A DNA stretch of 64,000 nucleotides from a virus (taxonomy: Duplodnaviria; Heunggongvirae; Uroviricota; Caudoviricetes): positions 107,662 to 171,661 of IMG/VR virus record IMGVR_UViG_3300028591_000092, one strand, 5' to 3'. Below are positions 12,559 through 23,777 of this stretch, piece after piece. Position 1 is the first letter of the stretch. Every line of letters begins with the position of its first letter. The notes under the pieces are model-generated. The model searched no databases, was not told the origin of the DNA, and saw only the letters and a list, made by a program, of their open reading frames with translations. The position numbers were made by a program, and so were the translations under genes.

Positions 12559-14027
12559 TTTGTTGTTAATATAGTTGATGCTACCGAAATAGCATTTTCA
12601 ATTGTTGCTTTTACAACTAGATAAGGATCTATAATTCCTTCTTCGTAATAATTTCCAAAAGGACAACTCCAAAAATCAAAAGTTTGAAAACAATCTTTTT
12701 CTGTATGGTCGAGGCCATACACAATAGTGTTGCACACAGGATCTTTACCAGTTATCATTTTATATGGAGCCCTTAAAACATTTTCTAGTTTCATTTCTAA
12801 TGGGAATTCTCCAATTACTTTTGACAACGCCACACCACCTCCTGGCAGCACTCCACCATCCATAGCACATTTAGTAGCCATAATGGCGTCTTCAAATCTA
12901 TCACATCTTTCCTTCATTTCTATTTTAGAAAAACCACCAACATAAATAGTTGCCATTCCAGATGTAAAGTTTGCTAAACGCTTCTGATGAAATACTTCTT
13001 CGATTTCTGATAAAATAGAGTCTTTAAGAACATCTCTTATAGATTGAATTCTTGCTTCTAATTTATCAGAAGGATGATACCCTATAAATGTGGTAGAATC
13101 TTTTGTAATAACTACTTTTTCGCATTCAGAAGATTCTCCAAATAAAATTCTCATATCTTCTAACATAGTTTCCCTCATAACACCAAAGTTAGGGCTTACT
13201 ACTTCACAAGACATAAGCTTTTTAGAACCATCAGGATTAAACATATTCTTTGCAAGGAATAATGTTAATCCAGATTCAAATTCAGGAGCAATGAGCAGAA
13301 GGCTTTTGTGTTCTCTATAAGCTTTTCCTGCTATAGCTTCCATTTCTTTTCCCTCATCTAGCTTTGTATCAGATATGTAAATAATACAATTCTCTAATAC
13401 ACATTCGTTTTTACTTGTGTTTATAAAGTAAGGAGATTCGTAACCATTATCTATCTTAAATCCTTCCGTATATTCCACCCTATCCTTCACGTCCTCAGAT
13501 TCTTGATATGTTACTAAACCATCTTTCCCTACTTTATAAAAAGCCTCAGCAATAAGACCTCCAATAGTTGGATCATTATTTGCTGCAAGTGTGGCTACTT
13601 TTTTAATATCCTCTAAAGAAGATATGTCTTTTTTATGTTGTTTTAAATACCCAATAATCTCTTCACCCGCTTTTTTTAAATATCTAGATACTTTAATAGG
13701 GTCTGGATTATCTTTATACTGATTTATAATTTCATTTGCTAATATTGCTACAGTTGTAGAACCATCACCAACAGTCTTAGCCTGTTTAATAGACGCTTCT
13801 TTAATAACATCAATACCCATTTGTATATAAGGATCTGGATCATTTACAGAATCCATTACTGTAGCACCGTCTTTTGTGGATTTTAATAGTCCACCTTTTC
13901 TTATCATAACACATGAAGCATTTGGTCCAAAAGTTGTTTCAACAGCTTTCGTTGCCAAATTAGCTCCCTCAATAATTTTAGATCTAGCTTCAGATCCAAA
14001 TTTTACATTATCATATTCCATAACCAT
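12537..14027 (-). CDS. groL: GroEL/Cpn60-like chaperonin
   Basis: VKFGSEARSKIIEGANLATKAVETTFGP and DGSTTVAILA match GroEL N-terminal and ATP-binding motifs. 496 aa. Confidence 0.9.
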   Translation of the reverse strand: MVMEYDNVKFGSEARSKIIEGANLATKAVETTFGPNASCVMIRKGGLLKSTKDGATVMDSVNDPDPYIQMGIDVIKEASIKQAKTVGDGSTTVAILANEIINQYKDNPDPIKVSRYLKKAGEEIIGYLKQHKKDISSLEDIKKVATLAANNDPTIGGLIAEAFYKVGKDGLVTYQESEDVKDRVEYTEGFKIDNGYESPYFINTSKNECVLENCIIYISDTKLDEGKEMEAIAGKAYREHKSLLLIAPEFESGLTLFLAKNMFNPDGSKKLMSCEVVSPNFGVMRETMLEDMRILFGESSECEKVVITKDSTTFIGYHPSDKLEARIQSIRDVLKDSILSEIEEVFHQKRLANFTSGMATIYVGGFSKIEMKERCDRFEDAIMATKCAMDGGVLPGGGVALSKVIGEFPLEMKLENVLRAPYKMITGKDPVCNTIVYGLDHTEKDCFQTFDFWSCPFGNYYEEGIIDPYLVVKATIENAISVASTILTTNCTILNV

Positions 14028-14699
14028 ATTTTATTTTTAAATTACCATTTGCCTAAAACGCAATGTGAACTTGGGCTTGAAGTTTTCTTCTGCATGTAAC
14101 ACCCACAACCACACACAATATTCCTTCCAGGATAATCTACTAATTTTTCGTTTTCTTTATCCCAACATTTTTTACTATCACAAGTGTCCTTTTCCTTATT
14201 ATATAAAGGACACTATATACATATTTTCATCCTAGATTCAGAAAGTTCTTTTTCTCTTCCAAGAGCATAGTTACTCCAACCTTCTGCAATCTAGCCTAAC
14301 TATTCAAAACTATTAATTCCGAACATTATTTAAAGAATTTATAGTAGTTTACAGTTCCGCCATTTTTTTCAACAGGCCTTTGACGTATAAGATCTGTAAT
14401 ATAAGGTATTAAAGAGCGTTTCGGAGTTGTTGTAGCCTTGGATTCTATTTGTTTAATATAATTATTCCAATAATCTGCATCTATATCATTAACAGGAATC
14501 CAGTCTCCGCCGCTCGACTCCCATTGCTAGATTTCATATCCGCCATTTGGAAGATTTCTATATCTTCTTCCAGCTTCTTTAATTTCTTTCCACGGATTTT
14601 CTCTCCAAGGAGCATTATCTGTAAATAAAGTAACTTCTTTTCCTGTAGGAGATTTCATTCTCTAATATGTATTTAACAAACTACCCATTTTATTTATAT

Positions 14700-15260
14700 T
14701 TATTTTATAAACCCACCAATTCCTATTGTTCCATATATACCAATTTCAGGACCATACCCGAATGTGACAGTATTGATATTAGCATGACCGCCAAATCCAA
14801 CACCAACTCCCACTGACCATACAAGACCAACTTTCTTTGGAGGTAAAGTTATTGTTTTAATTTCTTTGTCATATTTATAATCAAGATGGACCTTGTCAAT
14901 ACCAGCCTCAATACCATGATAGTCTATTTCTATCTTCACTTCAGAACTGTCATTCTTTATGGTGTCTTTATATTGGCTCCATTTCATTGGAAGTTCTACA
15001 AATGTCTCTCCATCGTTGGTAACATATACTGAGTCTACTTTCAAAAGTGTGTCTTTAACAAACACTGTCTTTGTTTTTTCTACAAGGCGTTCTGTTGTTA
15101 TAGTAACAGTATCATGTACTGGAACATATTCAATTTTTACGCCTGGTTGACTTCCTCCGCACTTTTGTAGTAGTAACAGTGCTAGTATCGCATTTATCAA
15201 CAAACTCACTAGAAGACTCCAGCGGGTCTTTATCCAACTTGATTTCTTTTCTTGTTCCAT
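14700..15260 (-). CDS. membrane protein with N-terminal TM helix and Gly-rich C-terminus (possible lysis-associated/spanin-like)
   Basis: ORF track; hydrophobic LLVSLLINAILALLLL segment. Confidence 0.4.
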   Translation of the reverse strand: MEQEKKSSWIKTRWSLLVSLLINAILALLLLQKCGGSQPGVKIEYVPVHDTVTITTERLVEKTKTVFVKDTLLKVDSVYVTNDGETFVELPMKWSQYKDTIKNDSSEVKIEIDYHGIEAGIDKVHLDYKYDKEIKTITLPPKKVGLVWSVGVGVGFGGHANINTVTFGYGPEIGIYGTIGIGGFIK

Positions 15261-15354
15261 TTTCTTTTGAATTAGGCTTATAGCCGAATTTTAAATTCCA
15301 CATTAACATTAAACTAACAATAAGTTTCTTAAACCATTTAATCATATTACTCAA
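15130..15354 (-). CDS. small membrane protein
   Basis: ORF track; TM segment LIVSLMLMW. Confidence 0.35.
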   Translation of the reverse strand: MSNMIKWFKKLIVSLMLMWNLKFGYKPNSKENGTRKEIKLDKDPLESSSEFVDKCDTSTVTTTKVRRKSTRRKN

Positions 15355-15562
15355 AATTTAATGAGTTACATTTATCCATCTCTTCTTTAAGCTTTACTGC
15401 TTTAACATGCCATTTCAAAAGCTTTTCAATATCTGTTTTAATATATTCAACTTCAAATTCTTTTTTCTTTCTTAAATTTTCTACTTGAATGATTAAAAGC
15501 CTATCAATAATAAATTCAGGATTTAACTACTATAACATCCAAGCATATAAAGAAAGCTAAAA

Positions 15563-15823
15563 CTAGTAGTGTATACCAGGGCAATCTTCCCAGTCTACTA
15601 AAGGATATTTTAACCTTTTCGTCTTTTTCTTACCCACGTCATATATGCTTTTAAAAGCTATCTTCTCGTCGCTCTTAAAATCTATAATGGTAAGGTGATT
15701 ACCATCTCTGATAATACAATCCACAACACCAACTAACAAAAAGTCATCGTCTAGTGGTATTTCTACTTTAAACTCATTAAATATACCTTTATTTGATTTT
15801 AAAAATTCTTCAGTTCTCTGCAC
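15563..15823 (-). CDS. C-terminal part of a PD-(D/E)xK-type nuclease-like protein; reading frame probably extends upstream to ~16140 through TAG codons
   Basis: VGVVDCIIRDGNHLTIIDFKSDEK resembles the D...(D/E)xK core. Confidence 0.3.
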   Translation of the reverse strand: MQRTEEFLKSNKGIFNEFKVEIPLDDDFLLVGVVDCIIRDGNHLTIIDFKSDEKIAFKSIYDVGKKKTKRLKYPLVDWEDCPGIHY

Positions 15824-16337
15824 AGAATATTTTTCTGTATCAATTCCAAAATCTGTTTTTACAGAATGTAAATTAGTGCAAAAAAGATTATGAATCTGCT
15901 CATGAACTAATGTGCCTGTCTATTTTGCTTCCTCATTCTTTTCTGACCACTCTTTTTCTAATAAAGCTCTTTCTAAATTAAATTTATCAATATCTAAATT
16001 ATTAATCTAATCAAGAATAATCTTCTTACTCTTCAGAAGCTTCATTTTAATATCAGCAAAATAAACTTCTGGCAAAACTTTTTCTAAAGCTTTATAAGAT
16101 AACCAAAAATCTTTAGAAAACGTCTTATACTAATTTAGTAATCCAGTCACTCCAATTCTGTGCATACACATTATACATTTTAACATACAAAATTACAAAA
16201 AATAAATGAAAATAAAAACAAAAAAGCACAGAATCCTAAACAAAGATTCTATGCTTCTTTTATTAATATTACGTATGAAAAAACATTAATATTTTAAAAA
16301 TTAAAGTATTAAAGTGACAATAAAACTCCTAATACTA

Positions 16338-16778
16338 TTATTCCCAAACAGAGTATGTACTATTCTTGTATATAAGAAATTGCTTCCTCTGTTTTCCTTC
16401 TCTATTTTTAAATCCTATATGTAACCACTTTTTTACACCACTATATTCAACTATACATTGATCAAAATCTCTTGAATATAAAAAGTCTCTTGCAAACTCT
16501 TTAAATCTTTCGAAATCTCTGTCAACAGGCCATAAGTCAACCGCTTGTGCCGTGCAATGGCTAGAAGTGGCACTTCCGTGAACTGCCTTATTTAATTTTG
16601 GACCTCTATATCCAGAGTTAACTTTAATAGGTGTTCCCCACGCGCTTCTTAAAGGATCCAAAATCTGTTCTACGAATTCCTCCAACCCAGGCATTAAGTT
16701 GTCTGGGATGGAGTTATCTATTTTTAATCGCTCGGCTGTTTCTGATTTTTCAAATTCTTCTTTTGTAAAATATTCCAT
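16338..16778 (-). CDS. peptidase M15 (D-Ala-D-Ala carboxypeptidase/VanY-like) endolysin-type protein
   Basis: VNSGYRGPKLNKAVHGSATSSHCTAQAVDL motif. Confidence 0.75.
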   Translation of the reverse strand: MEYFTKEEFEKSETAERLKIDNSIPDNLMPGLEEFVEQILDPLRSAWGTPIKVNSGYRGPKLNKAVHGSATSSHCTAQAVDLWPVDRDFERFKEFARDFLYSRDFDQCIVEYSGVKKWLHIGFKNREGKQRKQFLIYKNSTYSVWE

Positions 16779-17082
16779 AATTACTTAATATTCAATACAT
16801 TACACTTAATCTATTTAATTCATCTAACAAATTCAACACTTTGGTTGAAATCTTTCCTTCCATTTTTTCTAATAGAGGTATACATTTCTCTACGCATTTT
16901 ATTGCGTTAGACAATTCCATAATTACAATTTCTTCATTTGACATAATGTAATCTTCCTTTATATAAAATTTCTTTTGCTTGAGGGGATAAAAGATATTTT
17001 ATTTTTATTTCCTTCTAATAATTCGTTTTTATATCATTATTATCTAAAGGAATAATTTCCTAAATGTTAGTTTTTAACATAT

Positions 17083-17409
17083 TCACCAAGATTTTTTTAA
17101 TTTGTTTAAATCTTCTTCTGTATATGCTTCTAATACAGTATTGAAGCTAACTCTATATTTATAAGGACACTCTCTTAAAGAATCTAATTGTTTTGGTTCT
17201 CTTTTTATTCCTTTTAAAGAGTCCTCTAAATCTCTAAGAGCTATAGCAATTTCTTGCATTCCGCTTATTGTTTCATCTATATAATGAAACTCAACATTAT
17301 CATTTTCCATTTCCCTGTGTCTATTAAAAAATTTTTTTGGACGTTCTACTTTAAAGAATTCCCCATTAAATTTTATTACACAAGGCACATTTTTATATTC
17401 TGTAACCAT
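17083..17409 (-). CDS. hypothetical protein
   Basis: ORF track. Confidence 0.4.
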   Translation of the reverse strand: MVTEYKNVPCVIKFNGEFFKVERPKKFFNRHREMENDNVEFHYIDETISGMQEIAIALRDLEDSLKGIKREPKQLDSLRECPYKYRVSFNTVLEAYTEEDLNKLKKSW

Positions 17410-17426
17410 ATTAAAAATATATTATT

Positions 17427-17504
17427 GGTTGCCCTCCAAGGATTCCAACCTTGCTCCCCTGATTTAGAGTCAGGTATAATCAATTGCAAATATACGAGAG
17501 GGCA
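17427..17504 (-). tRNA. amber suppressor tRNA (anticodon CTA, reads UAG); amino-acid identity not determinable by eye
   Basis: Reverse complement TGCCCTCTCGTATATTTGCAATTGATTATACCTGACTCTAAATCAGGGGAGCAAGGTTGGAATCCTTGGAGGGCAACC. 7-bp acceptor TGCCCTC/GAGGGCA; anticodon stem CCTGA/TCAGG with loop CTCTAAA (U33, CUA, A37); T-arm CAAGG-TTGGAAT-CCTTG. Confidence 0.7.
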
Positions 17505-17533
17505 GTACTAGCCTCATTTAAGAGGCTATATAA

Positions 17534-18253
17534 TTAAAGTAAAGTTAATCTTACAGTACCATTCTCATTAGAGAGAAAAATATGATCTTCATGCTGACAC
17601 AAATAATCAGCAACTTCCATATACTCATCATTAGTCATCTCAACAGCTTCTCCTTTCTTAAGCTTCTCAACCATATCTTTTACAACACCGTCTTTTACAG
17701 CATCAGTAATAATACCGCCAAGAATATCATCACTACAGTCTTGGTGCTCATTACGATTCTCTCTAAAAACTTTGAATAAATCTTTACGAATGTCTTCAGT
17801 TAATTTATTAAACCAGTCCTTTTCTCTTTTAGGAACGGCATCATAAAGGTCTTCCAAGAAGATTACAAAATCATCTATAGGATTAGATTTTTTAACGGGA
17901 GTTTCAGTTTGATGGCACTCTTCTTTATCTTTATAGGGATCACTGCATAATGTATTAGCATCAAGTCGATCAAGAATATCTTTTAACACAAAAGCAATTC
18001 CTTCTGGAGCTTTTTCAATACACTCTTCTAATACAGCCTCATCTTGAGTATAGAAAGCACTGATAATCTCTTTCAAAGCTTTTAACTCTTTGTAATCTTC
18101 TTCCGTAAAATTCAGATGATCTTCTCCAAACAAGAACTTCTCCCAGCCCTCATTCATAACTACGTCTTTTTCCTCTTTTGTAAGATCTCTCATAAGATCC
18201 TTTTCTAATAACTCAATTGTCTTGAGCCCTTCTTTCATTTGTTCAATTGTCAT
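17534..18253 (-). CDS. acidic hypothetical protein
   Basis: ORF track, 239 aa. Confidence 0.5.
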   Translation of the reverse strand: MTIEQMKEGLKTIELLEKDLMRDLTKEEKDVVMNEGWEKFLFGEDHLNFTEEDYKELKALKEIISAFYTQDEAVLEECIEKAPEGIAFVLKDILDRLDANTLCSDPYKDKEECHQTETPVKKSNPIDDFVIFLEDLYDAVPKREKDWFNKLTEDIRKDLFKVFRENRNEHQDCSDDILGGIITDAVKDGVVKDMVEKLKKGEAVEMTNDEYMEVADYLCQHEDHIFLSNENGTVRLTLL

Positions 18254-18266
18254 ATTACTATAATTT

Positions 18267-18833
18267 TTACATCCAAAATTGTTGTGCTAAAGCGTCTTTC
18301 CCTATATGAAAATGAGCTCCAGTACCACCTGTTTTATTTAACATCTCTTGTGTTGATTCATCTATAATACCATATCCTTTAGCTTTCATATATGAGCTAA
18401 TAGCAAGATTTGATTTAATCATTTTTGCCAGCATATCAAAGTTTCCATCCTCTGGAACAATATCCATAGCCTCTCCAGAAGCGTGATAAGAAGGCTTTCC
18501 TTGCTTTGTTGTTGCTCCTTCTCTATAACCTGACGTCATTCTAACTTTAATTCCTGCAGAAGCAAACATGTCAAGAAGAGTTTTCAAATCCTAGTTAATA
18601 TCTCCCACTTCTTGTGCTGCAGGAGTTTCCTGATATCCTTCAAACATTTGACGCCAAAGATCAAAGTTAGAAGTCTCCTCTTTAGAATCTTGTTTGTCGG
18701 GAGATTCGACTTCTTCAGAGGAAACATATAAAGGCTCTTCCTTCTTCTCTTCTTTTTTATCTTTGTTTCTAACTGCTCTATCGTAAAATATTTGCTTTGC
18801 TCTTAGTATATTGTTATTATCAAATATCGCCAT
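18267..18833 (-). CDS. peptidase M15-like domain protein (SGYR...H...D...H motif), one in-frame TAG at 18591
   Basis: ORFs 18267..18587 and 18591..18833 share a frame and are separated by TAG. MTSGYREGATTKQGKPSYHASGEAMDI...GAHFHIG. Confidence 0.55.
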
Positions 18834-19053
18834 ATATGTCTAAATAATTAATTTCTCCACCAAATAAATGTTTCCAGCGTCTTGCATTAGCAGCAAACGT
18901 AGCCCTCTTGCGAGTTACTGGATTAGAAGAATGTTTTCCTCTTTGAATACATTCTTCTGTAACTTTGCCACCACAGAAATCAGTAAACTTACCTCTATTC
19001 TTTTTCTTTATATGGATGCCAGATCCATTCTTGTATTCTTCAATATAATTCAT
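18820..19053 (-). CDS. hypothetical basic protein
   Basis: ORF track. Confidence 0.3.
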   Translation of the reverse strand: MNYIEEYKNGSGIHIKKKNRGKFTDFCGGKVTEECIQRGKHSSNPVTRKRATFAANARRWKHLFGGEINYLDIYGDI

Positions 19054-19089
19054 TCTCCAATATGTTTAGCAGTTTCTAATATATAAGCT

Positions 19090-22000
19090 TTTAATTCTGG
19101 CAATTCTTCTTTATTTGACCCATACTTTTTAATAGCCCCATAAATAAATGCCAATGAATCATCTGTAATTCCATATCCCTATATTTTATAGAGATCATTA
19201 TATCTTGGTTCTACTGTTCCCATTTTAAAAATTTTTTCTAAGATTATATTCTTCTCTGTATTTTCTAGTTTTACGTAAAGGTATTACTAATAATAACAGC
19301 ATTATAATAAATTTTATCATTTGAAATAACTTAAATAATTTAATTTTCCGCCGTATTTCTTTTTCTTTTTAAACAAAGATGCTACATCTGAAAAGAACCC
19401 ATTATCTATTGTTTTTAATCCTTCTTTAATTTCTTGCCCAACACTTGGTTTTGGATAATATGTATCCATTGCTTCTTTCCAAGAAACCCCATCCACTCCT
19501 GCTGATTTAACGGTCTGATTCTTCAGATCATTAGCCCAAAAATTGATTTGACTATATGGTGATTTTACTAAAGTATGATGACCAGCATCTATGATACCTC
19601 TTTCATTCGGACGTATGATAACTTTATTATTATCAATTGGTATATAATCTCCACCTTCTCCAGCGCGTCCTGCCCTCTACGCAGGAACATTTGCTTTTCC
19701 AATATAAATATCTTCAATATTGGAATTACTTGCTGCGTTTAACATTGACTGTTCTCCAGACTTAAACTGTTTAGTAATCGAATAAACATCTCCGGAAGAA
19801 GTAGTTATAAACTAATTTGAATCTTGTGGATATTTCTATAAATATTCTTTTGCCGATTCTGGAGTCACTTTATTATAGTAATGAATTAACGTATCTCCAT
19901 ATTGCTATCCAGGCAGCTATTTATCTGAATAATATATAGACTTATCATGTATATATGGCAATTCTTTTTCTGTAACATTTTGTCTTATCTCTTCAGCTAA
20001 CTCCGGAGGCATTTCATACATATTTACACGAGGAGTTTTTTTATAACTGTAAAAAATTCCGGCATTATCACCAGCATATTCATTATTTAGCGGTTTTGTA
20101 TTTCCATTGGTTACTATTTTAATTGGAGATTTTTCATTAGTATTTTGTGTCTATTCCTGTTGAGATTGCTATTGCTGTCTCTATTGCTCTTTTTTCTATT
20201 GTGACACAGGAGGTTGCTGATACTAAATATTATTTTGTTGCGGCTGATAATGCTGCGCTAAATATTTCTAGATAGCTTCTGAACTTATTTCAGGAAATGT
20301 ATAATAAGTTTTTCCGTTTACAACTTTAGCTAAACCAATTGTCTATTGTGGGGTTAATGTTTTAATAATAGGTTTTGGTTTTGGCTAATATGGTCTAGAT
20401 GCTGCCTTCTAAACAGTCTAAGAATTAGAAGACTGAATATCAGTAGTTGTCTACTCAATAGGTTTCGTTGTTGACCGAACAACAAGTTCCTTTTTTACAA
20501 CAGGAGGTTCTGGTGGTTTTTCAACAAAATCTTTAGATCCATTATCAACCATCCATACACCAGCAATATCTTTTGGATTTACTCCTCTAAGCCCATACTG
20601 TATTTGTCCAGATTTTGTCTTAACCACATATGGATTTAACATGCTTCCCCTAGTCTACATTGCACCAGAAGCCCAGGGATTATATAATTTACCAGTGTTT
20701 TGCCAGTTCTATAATTCTTCATCAGATAATCTATATATTAAAGATGTATCTCCGTACTATCCCTAATATCCTGTGCCACCAAAGTCTCCGGAGGCAAGAC
20801 CCTCTGGGACAGAAATCCACGTACTACTTTTCTAGCTCATTCTCCAATATGTTTAGCTTCAATTAATATATACTCTTTTAAATCCTCTAGATTCTCCTTC
20901 TCAGATCCGTACTAAGCAATAGCACCATAAATAAACGCTAATGTATCATCCTGTATACATCCTACAATTGGGTGTAAATCTGTATACTTTGGTTCTACTG
21001 TTTCCATTATTTAAAAAATTTTAGATAATTTATCATTGGAGCTACCGAAACAGTTCTAAACCATGTATTATGCTATTTGTACATTTTCTCAGCTTCTTCT
21101 ATTGATTTAGGAATATCATATCCATATTTTTCAGCAAACTCTTTCGCATTCTATAAGATTTCAGATTTGTTATTTTCTATAAATCTCTCAGATCCTTTAG
21201 GAATTCCCAATCTTTCTGCTTCTGTTAATTTAGAAGTTGTAGGCTAAACAGGCCCGTTTTCAATTTGAGATACAAATCTATTGTCCAATTGTAAATTAGG
21301 ATTTTCTTTCAATAAAGCATTGTAGTAATCAGCCGCTTCAGCTTCTGTTCCTACACCTCTCCCAGTCTATCTTCTTATAAATACGTCTCTAGAAGGTATA
21401 CTAGGAGTATTATCGTAAACAAACTATATTTTACTCGGATTAGATAAAGCTTTATTAGAAATCATTAAAGTTTTACCTTCGTTTGCAGGATTTAATTTCC
21501 AATTAATAACCTCATCGTTAATTAGCTATACATAATCCGGATCTGATACAATTTTTAAATCCTTCGGAGAAACTCCTTTAGATTTAGCCAATTGTTCTAT
21601 TTTTGACCTTACCACATCATCAAAGTCGATTAAAGTAGAATTAGATGCTGTTGTTTTACCCATAGTTGGGCCATAGTATTTTACTTTGCCATATGTTCTA
21701 ACAGGACCGTTTGCAAACAGATCGAGATAATTTCTTTTTGCCGATTGCTATATACCTTTTTGTAACGCTCGCCTTCCAGTAGCGACACCCAGTCCGCCTA
21801 GCAATAATCCCGATACTAAATCCAAAGCCAAAGCTTTCCCTCCAGATAACTAATTATCAAGATTAAAAAGATTATAATAATATGAAGGCATACCTGCACC
21901 AAGTATAGCATTAAAAGCTCTTGCTGCATTTTCTTTCGCTTTCGCTTCTCCTTCTTTCTGTCTTTGTAATTCTTGAAGGTTATTTTTTATAGCAGCTTGT

Positions 22001-22150
22001 TGATTTTGGTAAGCATCTCCATTGTCTTTTATAATAACACCTGGCTAAGAGTTCTTCTTTTCTATTGCAAGAAGCTGTTCTACAGTCATTCTTTTCTGTC
22101 TAGCTTCAGCGGCTCTAGGATGTTCTATAGGTTCTATGTATTTTGACATG
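19090..22150 (-). other. coding-dense minus-strand region with no ORF of 60 aa or more except 20451..20642; interpreted as two or more TAG-rich (Gln-rich if TAG=Gln) structural genes
   Basis: Coding-like codon periodicity; frequent cta triplets on the plus strand; absence of long ORFs despite no obvious intergenic signals. Confidence 0.3.
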
Positions 22151-22544
22151 TTATAATAATTTACATTTTAATATGCAAAATTACAAAAAAATATTTAAAT
22201 AAAAAATTAGAAATCAAATATTCTTAAATACAATATATAAAAAGAATTTAAATATATAATAGTAAAAAGACTATTTAGTAAATATAAAAAAGAAGATTAA
22301 GTTAAACTTTAAACCTTTAATGATTAACTTTCCAAAGCTTCAATTCTAGAAAGTAAAGCATCATACTCTTCTCTTGTTACAAATTTATCTTCAAGCTTTC
22401 TTAAAAAGATCTTGAAAAACTCTCTTGTAAATACAATTATTTCTTTTTCGTTTTCTTCCATAATATTTTATTATTAATTTTTTTTTGATTTCCCTATTTT
22501 ATATAGGTCGGGATAAACATCAAATTCTACTATATAAATACCTC

Positions 22545-23000
22545 TCATTTGTCAACTAATGTGAATGATATCTGTAAATCTTTATTTTCTAACAATTCTT
22601 TTCTTCTAATAGATAATTCTCCTTTCCAAAATATTTCTGGATTTATTTTAAAAGTACCTTTTTCACCAGATATAATATTTAAATCTTTTAAAAGTTTAAG
22701 ATTATTAGTAATCTGATTATTAGCAATTCCTAAATCAGTACCCATTTGGTGTCTTTCCTGAGTAGAAAGAATTACAACACCAGTATTAAATCCTGCATGC
22801 TCACACATCCAATCCAGAACTCTTCTAGTTACTCCCTGCTTTAATTGCCTAACAGGGGCAAAATAATCAAAGAAAGTTATATAAAAATGATCTGGATTAA
22901 TTTTTTCTGTAAATATTTTCTATGAATCATACTTCAATATCTCTCCAGTTTCCTTATCAATTACTTCACTTTGAATTGTTTGTACAATTTTTTTAGCCAT
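22545..23000 (-). CDS. winged-helix DNA-binding protein (regulator/initiator-like), ATG at 22998-23000
   Basis: ORF 22545..22808 plus same-frame upstream extension; sits next to iteron-like repeats. Confidence 0.4.
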
Positions 23001-23027
23001 AAAATAAATTTTTTTAGTGTATTAAAC

Positions 23028-23145
23028 AAATTTATATGTGTACATTTTTTTCATCAACAGTATACACAAGTTTATATGTACACTTATTTGTGTATCATTT
23101 ACACATATATGTGTGCAATATAAATATATATGTGTATAGTAAATA
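23028..23145. repeat. iteron-like repeats of TATATGTGTACA-type units (at least 4 copies, several palindromic TGTGTA/TACACA)
   Basis: tttatatgtgtacat, gtttatatgtacac, cacatatatgtgtgcaat, atatatatgtgtatagt. Confidence 0.5.
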
Positions 23146-23777
23146 TAGGTAACTTATTATAAACCAATAGTTTATTGATTTTTATTATATCTAATAATAT
23201 TATTCATTTAAAATCTAATGCAAAGATACAAAAAAATTTACAATAAAAAAACTAAAGAGCAAGTTTTCTTAATTATCAAATAAAACTTAACTTATAACAT
23301 ATATACATTATAAAAGTGTACATAAATTGAATGTAATAAGTCTAAAATAAATTTTTATAAAATTTCCCAAATTCAAAATATAGCCCCGGGGGTTATAGAA
23401 TGGAAAATTGATATATGGTGGGAGGGAGAGAACACCTACTCAACATGCCCCCCTACCTTTTATGATGGGAAACCGAACTCCCAGCGGGGCCTTGCCCCGT
23501 TGTGAGTCGCTTTTCCGTACCTAACGCAGGGGAACTGCGTAACACCCACAATGGTTGTAGAAGGGTTCGATTCCCTTCGTGGGTTCTACTCATCGCTCCA
23601 ATTCCACTAAAACAAGGCGGTAACTCCTTGTGAGGAAATGGTGAATTCCTAGTGAAGATAGTAGCTAGATGACTGTTGAGCTTGATAACCTCAACAAGTA
23701 ACCAGAGTACCACTGGTAATTCCTTGGAGCAAAACGATCCAGATAAGTCCTTCTGGGGGTAATATAGGCATTACGAT

